The notes under the pieces: generated by a model
What the model saw: only the letters and a program-made list of their open reading frames with translations
Database searches by the model: none
What the model was told of the DNA's origin: nothing
Shown: in pieces, positions 35,161 to 42,619 of the stretch
Layout: every line of letters starts with the position of its first letter
Numbering within the stretch: position 1 is the first letter of the stretch
Translations under genes and position numbers: made by a program
Source of the DNA: an uncultured Sphaerobacteraceae bacterium
Lineage (GTDB): Bacteria > Chloroflexota > Chloroflexia > Thermomicrobiales > UBA6265
Assembly: GCA_964526965.1 (NCBI GenBank)
Contig: CAZGML010000007.1
Span: forward strand, 14,658 to 78,657
Direction of reading: 5' to 3'
Length of the DNA stretch: 64,000 bases

Positions 35161-36609
35161 TCAGACGGAGGGTTCGTTTTCCTCGACGAAGTGGATTTGA
35201 GGGATCGATTTGACCTCGAAGTCGGAGATGTTGCTCGCGCCGAGAGCGTCGATCTGCTCCAGGCAGGCGCGCGATTCTTCCACGAGGCGCCCGGTATCGA
35301 TGCTGAGTGCGCTCGGCACGAACTGCTCAACTTTCTCGATACCTGCAGTCAGGAGCGTCGTCGCTCCCTTGTGGTTGCCATTGAGGGCGTGGTGGAACCC
35401 AACGCCGATCTGCAAAATGCCCTGATACAGCGCGCGGATGGCGGTGCGCTCAGCGTGCCACTCGTGCTCTATAACCTCGTGCTGGTCGTAAAAGCGTCGT
35501 TCGTTAAAAAGGCGGATGCCCTCCAACACACCAGATGGTAGTTCCGTTGGTGGCGGCAAGCCTTCTTCCGATGTGCCGGCACGTGGTGGGAAGTTGAAAA
35601 CGGAGCGGATCAACGGCTCCATTGCATCGCGAACCCTTTGGGCGACCTCGGTACCGGTGCCGAGGGTTCCCTCAATCATGAGCGGACCTTCAAAGCCGCT
35701 GCCGGCGATCGCACGCATAAGCGCCGACCAGGGGAGATCGCCATCGCCGGGAGGGAGGTGCCGCTGGGAGGGATCATCTTCCAGCCAATCGCTGATATGG
35801 ACGTTTACCACCCTGTTTCCCATGGCGGCGAGCATCATAAACGGATTGGCGCCGGCTTCGGCTGCCTGGAATGGATCGAAGACGAACCCGAAGGCGTTCT
35901 CATCAAAATCTCCCAGGTGCTTGGCGAACGCGGTGATATCACGCACCTGACCAAGCGCCGAGCGCCCCACGTTCTCAATGGCGAGGGTGATGCCGGCATC
36001 TACACATTGATCCGTGATATCGAGCGTCTCCTCAATAAATCGGTTCCACGCCTCCTCGGTTTGGACCTCGGTTCGCCTCGGGCCGTGCCACACCAACACC
36101 TCGGCGCCGACAGTGGCTGCGAAGCAGATAGCGCGCGCCATCATCTCGCGTCCCTCCTGGGCGCGACGTTCGTATGGCGAGAGCACGTGATGATACGTCT
36201 CCAACGTGTGAACAGATCGGATGTTGACGCCAGCCTCTTTGGCATGCGCAGCAACGAGCTGGGCGAATGAAAGGTCGTATTCACCAGCCGTCTGCAGCAT
36301 GATCTCCATATCGGAGAAGCCAAGAGCCCGGGCGGCCTCCGGAGCATCTTCCGTGGCGATGTGCGGATAAAACGCACCAGAAGAAACCCCAAGGGAAAGC
36401 GACGCAACGTGGCGGACACCATCGTGCTCGCCTTCAATGGGAGGCATAGAGGCATCCATGCGGACGATACGATCGGCGCTCGCGTCGTCCAGCAACAATT
36501 CAGTCTGCGATTGGCGGTGAGGCTTCGCCGGGTTGTAGCGTTGGCGGCGGCGCAGGTGCGGCAACAACGGGATCACGCGTGGGTCAGCATATTCTGGTGA
36601 GTTAGACAC
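35161..36609 (-). CDS. Fusion protein: xylose-isomerase-like TIM-barrel (sugar phosphate isomerase/epimerase family) plus C-terminal DUF309
   Basis: GTG start at 36609 after AGAGGAG. The TIM-barrel part is LGVSSGAFYP...MEIMLQ...VWHGPR...LAIENV...VHISDW. The C-terminus GIRLFNERRFYDQHEVIEHEWHAERTAIRALYQGILQIGVGFHHALNGNHKGA is the DUF309 pattern. Confidence 0.8.
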   Translation of the reverse strand: MSNSPEYADPRVIPLLPHLRRRQRYNPAKPHRQSQTELLLDDASADRIVRMDASMPPIEGEHDGVRHVASLSLGVSSGAFYPHIATEDAPEAARALGFSDMEIMLQTAGEYDLSFAQLVAAHAKEAGVNIRSVHTLETYHHVLSPYERRAQEGREMMARAICFAATVGAEVLVWHGPRRTEVQTEEAWNRFIEETLDITDQCVDAGITLAIENVGRSALGQVRDITAFAKHLGDFDENAFGFVFDPFQAAEAGANPFMMLAAMGNRVVNVHISDWLEDDPSQRHLPPGDGDLPWSALMRAIAGSGFEGPLMIEGTLGTGTEVAQRVRDAMEPLIRSVFNFPPRAGTSEEGLPPPTELPSGVLEGIRLFNERRFYDQHEVIEHEWHAERTAIRALYQGILQIGVGFHHALNGNHKGATTLLTAGIEKVEQFVPSALSIDTGRLVEESRACLEQIDALGASNISDFEVKSIPQIHFVEENEPSV

Positions 36610-36725
36610 GCATGCTCCTCTCTGTCCGTTTCCGACGAATGTTTAATTCGTTTTCAGCGTCATTCCATACGAGCATATAGTCGTGGTGGTACGTTACTGC
36701 CGTATCACCCTGGCCGTCACGCTCT

Positions 36726-36807
36726 CGTGTGCGGCAAGAACGGGCGCTTCCAGACTGGAATCAGCCTGGTTCAGCCAAGCGACTCCAATTCTTTCGTTCC
36801 GCACACG
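36726..36807. other. Long-range inverted repeat (candidate structured RNA or operator) in the divergent region upstream of smc
   Basis: CGTGTGCGG(caa)GAACG at 36726-36742 pairs with CGTTCCGCACACG at 36795-36807. The interior holds the palindrome TTCCAGACTGGAA and a TCAGCC direct repeat. Confidence 0.35.
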
Positions 36808-37070
36808 ATAACGTGCTCCCCCGAATCCTCCGGGTGTGCGAACCTAACTGTGGTTCAATGTCGATGCTACCATCTGTTGCAGCAAATGCGCAGATGTTCC
36901 AAAAGGTCACAATCTTACGGTTCTTCCGTTTCGCCATAACCGTGACTGACGGTGTATGCTGAAACACTGCAATGGCGCGAATTATCGCCGATTGCCATTA
37001 AGAATTGTTCGTTGAGAAACCGGCTTTGCACCGGACGTGCTCAACGTACCGCATTGACAGAATTTCGGAT

Positions 37071-40000
37071 ATGGCTGAACAGGAATCCCAATTTAAACCA
37101 AAGCTCTCCCGGCTGGATTTGCACGGGTTTAAGAGTTTTGCCACCAAAACCACGTTCCAGTTCGAACCAGGGATCACCGCGATTGTCGGGCCAAACGGAT
37201 CCGGCAAGAGCAACATCGCCGATGCCGTGCGCTGGGTGCTGGGTGAAACCAGCCATTCGGCGCTGCGCAGCAAGAAGACCGAGGATGTGATTTTCGCGGG
37301 TGGCCGTGGCAAGCCCCCCAGCGGTATGGCCGAGGTAACGGTCACTTTTGATAACGAAGACCACTGGCTGCCGAGCGAGTTCGCCGAAGTAACAGTCACC
37401 CGGAGGGCATTCCGCGGTGGCGGAGGCGAATACCTTATTAATGGACGCAAGGTACGGTTGAAAGATGTTGCCCGGCTCGTCGCCTCGCTTGGGCAAAGCT
37501 ACACAGTGGTCGGGCAGGGACTCGTCGATGCCGCGCTGAGTCAGCGGGCAGAGGATCGGCGCGGGCTCTTCGAGCACGCTGCTGATCTCACTGGCCTGCG
37601 GCTGCGGGTGGCAGAAGGCGAGCGCAACCTCGCCGAGACGGATACAAACGTCACCCGGCTCACCGACCTGCTTTCACAGGTGGAGCCCAACCTGAAGCGC
37701 CTCGAACGGGCAGCGAAACAGCAGCGCGAATGGAAGGAGTTGCGCGAGCACCAACTCTTCCTGCAGCGCGGGCACTACCGGCGCCTGTTGGAAACCGCCA
37801 GGGCGAATATGACGGAAGCGGAGACGAATGCCGCCTACGATCAAAACGCTATGGCCGAGGCACAATCCGAGCTTGATCAACTGATCGCGGCGCGCCCTGG
37901 CCTGGAGCAGGCACTCCAGCAAGCAACGAACGAACTGGAACGGCATGATGCTCGCCTTGGTGAGCTTCGCGAGCAACTCAACGACGTCTCGCACCGCAAG
38001 GAACTGGTTGAAGAACGGCTTGCTGCGCTTGATCGCCGCTCGACGGACGCCGAGGCAACTCGCGCCGCCCTGCTGGAACAGATCGAATCCACAGAAAAAC
38101 GCATCGGCACGAGCGACGCAGCACTGAGTGAACTCACGGCAGAGATCGAGACCGCGCGTGAAGCCGTGCAGCAGCAGGAATCCACAGCAAACCTGGCTCG
38201 TAGCGAGCGGCAGGAAGCCGAGCAGGCGCTGGCCAAATGCAGTCATGAAGCACTGCAGCTGGAACGCAAGGTGGCCGATGCGCAGCAGAAGCGGGCGTTG
38301 CTGATTCAGCGCAAGGAGACCTCGGCTGCGGATACCGAACGTTTGACCGCGGAATCGAAAGAACGTGAGAACCGGTTACAAACGCTATCTGCTGAACTTG
38401 CAGAACATGAGCATACGGATAAATCGCTTACGGATCAGATTGCGGCCTTAGACGCGAACCTCGCGGAGTTACAGCAGGAAATCGAAGCCGCCACTGAATC
38501 GTCTCGCGCCTCCCTGGAAGAGCAGGCACAAGTTGAGCGCGATCTTGCCCAGGCCAGCCATCGCATGGAAATCCTGCAGCGCATGCACGAATCCGGCGAA
38601 GGGCTCTTTCAGGGTCCACGCAATGTAGTGCAGTGGCACTCGGCTGGCAAACTCTCAGGCATCCGCGGCACGCTTGCGGAACTGATTGAGGTCGACAAGA
38701 AATACGATCGTGCACTCGAGACCGCCCTCGGCGGCCACCTGCAGGATATCGTGGTCGATGCGTGGAAGGATGCCGAAGCTGCCATTCAGATGCTGAAGCA
38801 ATCCCGCGCCGGGCGAGCGACCTTCCAGCCCATCGAAACCGTACGTCGCCGGGGTGGTCATCGTTCACCACCACGAGAGATCGAGGGTGCGGCAGGTGTT
38901 CATGGCATCGCCAGCGATCTCGTCGACAGCGATCCCGATGTCGCCGACGTTGTACGGGGACTGCTTGGCAGGTTTGTGGTTGTTGAAGACCTGGATACGA
39001 GCCGGCGATTGCTCGATTCGCTTCCGGGCGGCTGGAGCACGGTAACCCTCGCCGGGGAAATCACCCGCAGTGGTGGCTCGGTGACCGGTGGATCGCAAGG
39101 ACGCGACTCCGGCATGCTCAGCCGGGAGCGAGAGTTGCGGGAGCTGCCGGATCGAATTTCCGCGCTCGAACAAAAGCGAGAGGCAATCAACCAGGATGTA
39201 GCCGCCAAGAATCTTAAGGTGCAGGAACTGCAACAGCAGCGGAGCGATGTTGGCTCGCAGCGAGCGGATCTCTCCGCCCAGCTCAAGGCCCTCGTTCCAC
39301 AGCGGAACCGGTTGCAAGGCTGGATAGCCGATGTGCAGAAGCAGCAGGCGGCCGCAACACAGCAGCAGCAGGCGGCGGCGCTCACTTCAGATGACCGCGA
39401 GAAAGAAATCAGCTCGCTGGCCTCGGAGATCGATGCCGGTAAAGAGCGGATCGAATCTCTTCGCGACCAGGAAGCGGAGCTGACCGCCAGGCTCGCGACG
39501 CATCGGGATTCCGCCTCGGAGCAAAACGAATCGCTTTCGAACGCCAACTCGCAATTGGCGGCTCTGGAAGAACGGGTTCGTGCCGAAGAACGTCAGCGCA
39601 GTCAGTGGCAAAGTCAACTCCGCGCGCAACAAACCGAGTTGCAGAACCGGCAGAACGACGAAGCCGAGATGGAAGGTCGACGCCTGGCGCTGGCCGATGA
39701 GCTCGAACGCCTGAAGGCGGAAGAGCAGCGACTTGGAGAATCCGTGGAAAGCGGCGACACCGCTCGCAAGCCACTGGCAGATGCAATGGGGGACGCCGCC
39801 AACAAACTGCAGGCACAGCAAAAGCAAATCGAGACGTCGCGCCAAACGACGATGGAGCGAGAGCGAAGCTTCGGCCAGAAAGAACTCCAGCTGGAACGTG
39901 TTCGGGCCGAACTGTCGTCCGTGCACCAACGCATTGTTGACGATCTTAACTATGAAGATCCGGATGATCTGCTTGCGGACACTGAGGAGCACGACTTCTC

Positions 40001-40730
40001 CGAACTCCCCGACGATTACGACGCTGTTGAGCGAGAGCTCACGCGTTTGCGTAATCGCCTTCATCGAGTTGGATACGTTGGCGACAACGTTGTAGAGGAA
40101 TACGAGCAGGAAGCCGAACGGTATGCCTTCCTGACGGAACAATTGGCCGATGTGCAGCAGGCTGCAGCGCGATTGCGGGAGATGCTGGCAGAGCTCCACG
40201 ATACGATGCAAACCCGCTTCGAAGAGACATTCGAGCAAGTGAGCCTCGCCTTCAGCGAGGCGTTTACGGTGCTGTTCGGTGGCGGGCAGGCACGCCTGGT
40301 ACTCACCGCTGATGAAGATGGCACACCGGGCGGTGTGGACATCGTGGCGCAGCCTCCGGGCAAGCGGCTCCAGGGACTCGCGTTGCTGAGTGGTGGCGAG
40401 CGGTCGCTTACCGGTGTGGCACTGCTCTTCGCGATCCTGCGGGTGAACCCGTCTCCTTTCGTGCTTCTGGACGAAGTCGACGCCGCGCTGGACGAAGCAA
40501 ACGTGGTGCGCTTCCGCGACGAATTACGCAAGCTTGCGAATGAGACACAGGCGATTGTCGTCACCCACAACCGCGGCACGGTTGAAATTGCCGATACGCT
40601 CTACGGCATCACCATGGGCGGAGATGGCGTAAGCCAGACGCTAAGTCTGCGCATGGACGATCTGCCGATTGATGAAGAGTTCGACGTACGCGACCTCCCT
40701 GCCGTTTCAACCGGGATTCCGGTGCGATAG
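37071..40730 (+). CDS. smc: Chromosome segregation protein SMC
   Basis: Start at the ATG at 37071. LHGFKSFATKTTFQFEPGITAIVGPNGSGKSNIADA Walker A. Long coiled coils. Hinge GIRGTLAELIEVDKKYDRALETALGGHLQDIVV. Signature LSGGERSLTGVALLFA. Walker B FVLLDEVDAALD. Confidence 0.97.
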   Translation: MAEQESQFKPKLSRLDLHGFKSFATKTTFQFEPGITAIVGPNGSGKSNIADAVRWVLGETSHSALRSKKTEDVIFAGGRGKPPSGMAEVTVTFDNEDHWLPSEFAEVTVTRRAFRGGGGEYLINGRKVRLKDVARLVASLGQSYTVVGQGLVDAALSQRAEDRRGLFEHAADLTGLRLRVAEGERNLAETDTNVTRLTDLLSQVEPNLKRLERAAKQQREWKELREHQLFLQRGHYRRLLETARANMTEAETNAAYDQNAMAEAQSELDQLIAARPGLEQALQQATNELERHDARLGELREQLNDVSHRKELVEERLAALDRRSTDAEATRAALLEQIESTEKRIGTSDAALSELTAEIETAREAVQQQESTANLARSERQEAEQALAKCSHEALQLERKVADAQQKRALLIQRKETSAADTERLTAESKERENRLQTLSAELAEHEHTDKSLTDQIAALDANLAELQQEIEAATESSRASLEEQAQVERDLAQASHRMEILQRMHESGEGLFQGPRNVVQWHSAGKLSGIRGTLAELIEVDKKYDRALETALGGHLQDIVVDAWKDAEAAIQMLKQSRAGRATFQPIETVRRRGGHRSPPREIEGAAGVHGIASDLVDSDPDVADVVRGLLGRFVVVEDLDTSRRLLDSLPGGWSTVTLAGEITRSGGSVTGGSQGRDSGMLSRERELRELPDRISALEQKREAINQDVAAKNLKVQELQQQRSDVGSQRADLSAQLKALVPQRNRLQGWIADVQKQQAAATQQQQAAALTSDDREKEISSLASEIDAGKERIESLRDQEAELTARLATHRDSASEQNESLSNANSQLAALEERVRAEERQRSQWQSQLRAQQTELQNRQNDEAEMEGRRLALADELERLKAEEQRLGESVESGDTARKPLADAMGDAANKLQAQQKQIETSRQTTMERERSFGQKELQLERVRAELSSVHQRIVDDLNYEDPDDLLADTEEHDFSELPDDYDAVERELTRLRNRLHRVGYVGDNVVEEYEQEAERYAFLTEQLADVQQAAARLREMLAELHDTMQTRFEETFEQVSLAFSEAFTVLFGGGQARLVLTADEDGTPGGVDIVAQPPGKRLQGLALLSGGERSLTGVALLFAILRVNPSPFVLLDEVDAALDEANVVRFRDELRKLANETQAIVVTHNRGTVEIADTLYGITMGGDGVSQTLSLRMDDLPIDEEFDVRDLPAVSTGIPVR

Positions 40731-40752
40731 TCGGCTCTGACCCGAGAGGACG

Positions 40753-41226
40753 CTAGCGGTTCGCCCGCCATCGGTTGGTGGTTTCGGCGTGGTGGCGATA
40801 ATGGTTGAGCGACGCCTCGCGCACCCAGCCGCGCACATAATCATCCCAGGCCTCGTCTGGCATAAGGGTCAGGGTGCGGACGATGGCTTCGTGGGCGCTG
40901 TGGTAACGCTGCCAGGCGGCCTCGAGCGTAATATCCGCATCGATCTCAGCCCAAACCAGGTTGAGGCTCTCGTAGTCGTCGTACTCATTGATTCCAGGCA
41001 GCACCCCGCGCCACCGACGAACGATCATCTCGGTGGTCACCTCATCCCATCGGGCGATATGCACCAGCGTGATGCGACCGTTCCACGAGCCGGTCATGCC
41101 GGGCTCTTCCAAATCCTCCGGGGAAAGCCCCTCAAACGCGGTGTCCAGTTCGGCGCGCGATCTGCGCCATTCCGCCAGGAACTCATCCCGGCTTGCAGTA
41201 AGTGCATCAAACTTCGCCTGCTCCAT
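40753..41226 (-). CDS. DinB/ClbS-like (DUF1706-like) four-helix-bundle protein
   Basis: 157 aa. Pattern ...FEGLSPEDLEEPGMTGSWNGRITLVHIARWDE...HYRHH is consistent with the DinB superfamily. Function not assignable. Confidence 0.6.
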   Translation of the reverse strand: MEQAKFDALTASRDEFLAEWRRSRAELDTAFEGLSPEDLEEPGMTGSWNGRITLVHIARWDEVTTEMIVRRWRGVLPGINEYDDYESLNLVWAEIDADITLEAAWQRYHSAHEAIVRTLTLMPDEAWDDYVRGWVREASLNHYRHHAETTNRWRANR

Positions 41227-41366
41227 TCGGGGTTAACTCCTACAAAAACACTCGGATATTGTCAAAGAGTTGCGGTCTTAATATTGCGGCGTACTTGCTA
41301 AGCTGTATATAACGATTTCTATCAGTTTCGGAAATCGCTACACCTCATAAAGAAGGAGAGGTATCA

Positions 41367-42425
41367 ATGTCCATTATCCGGCTTCCCGCAAACCTTGTAC
41401 TCCCGGAGCGTCCGGATCGGCGCCAACTGCTTCGTGCAGGCGCTGCCGGCCTCGGCGCTGCCACACTCCTCGGCAACGCGAGTGCCCAACATGATCACAG
41501 TACACCAGAAAGCTATGTAGGTTCTGACGCCAGTACGGAAGGTACCGGAGACGCCACTCCTGGACCGCAGGCGGAAACAACCCCGTTTGAGCGCTATGAT
41601 CCCTACCTTGAGCCAGTTGAACCCGGCGACAAGCATGTGACCATCAGTTTCGAAGACCGCATCGTGTGGCTTTCGAACGACGTGCAATACGCAGCATGGA
41701 CGTTGAACGGCACCGTTCCGGGACCACCGCTGCGCGCAGTGCAGGGCGATACGATTCACGTTCGGCTTGAAAACAACGCACCGATGACACACTCGATCGA
41801 CTTCCACGCGGCTCGGGTTTCACCGGAACACGGCTTCCGCAACATCCAGCCGGGCGAAGTATTCGAATGGGAATTCGTTGCCGAGCATCCGGGTGCATTC
41901 ATGGTGCACTGCGGAACGGCTCCAACCCTTATCCACATCGCTGCCGGTATGTACCTGCCGATCATCATTGATCCGGCGGAGGATATGTTTGAGCCGGCAA
42001 CCGAGCTCGTGATCTCGCAGTCGGACTTCTACACCACGCCCGGGCCGGACGGGATTCACGTCACTGATGGCGACAATCTCTTCAATCCGGCAGCGGCGCC
42101 GAACATCATGGCGTTCAATGGCCACCAGAGTCAGTACATCGACGATCCGATTGAAGTGCCGGTGGGCGAGTTGATTCGCATCTATTTCGTAAACCAGGGA
42201 CCCAATATCTGGAGTGCCTTCCACGTGGTAGGTGGCATCTTCCACAAGGCGTACTGGAACGCCAACCCGAGGAACATGCTCGAAGGCCTGCAAACCATGA
42301 CCGTTGGGCCTGGCGATGGCATTGCCACTGAGATCATCTTCGACGAACCAGGTGATTACATTGCGGTGAACCACAGCTTTGGTCACGCGGCTCACGGAGC
42401 CAGCGCCATTTTGCGGGCGTCCTAA
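41367..42425 (+). CDS. NirK-family two-domain copper protein (copper-containing nitrite reductase-like), Tat signal
   Basis: AAGGAGAGG RBS. Tat motif DRRQLLRAG. Cu-ligand pattern THSIDFH (H142, D145, H147), VHCGTAPTLIHIAAGM (H181, C182, H190, M195), AFHVVGG, AVNHS (H336). Confidence 0.75.
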   Translation: MSIIRLPANLVLPERPDRRQLLRAGAAGLGAATLLGNASAQHDHSTPESYVGSDASTEGTGDATPGPQAETTPFERYDPYLEPVEPGDKHVTISFEDRIVWLSNDVQYAAWTLNGTVPGPPLRAVQGDTIHVRLENNAPMTHSIDFHAARVSPEHGFRNIQPGEVFEWEFVAEHPGAFMVHCGTAPTLIHIAAGMYLPIIIDPAEDMFEPATELVISQSDFYTTPGPDGIHVTDGDNLFNPAAAPNIMAFNGHQSQYIDDPIEVPVGELIRIYFVNQGPNIWSAFHVVGGIFHKAYWNANPRNMLEGLQTMTVGPGDGIATEIIFDEPGDYIAVNHSFGHAAHGASAILRAS

Positions 42426-42463
42426 CGAATCGGCCTTTCAGAATAGTCAGCTCTCTCGAGAGG

Positions 42464-42485
42464 GCAGTCCGGAAATCCGGGCTGC
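42464..42485 (+). terminator. Terminator hairpin after the NirK-like gene
   Basis: GCAGTCCGG, loop aaat, CCGGGCTGC (one G-U pair), followed by TCTCTCATATTGTT. Confidence 0.55.
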
Positions 42486-42619
42486 TCTCTCATATTGTTC
42501 CTTAGCCGGGTCACACAGTTCCGCAATTATGTAGGACAATAGGTGACATATCAGGAACTCAAATACCGCACCCGCCGCCGGCTTTGCCGTACAAATTTTG
42601 GGAAGAGAGTTAATTCGCG

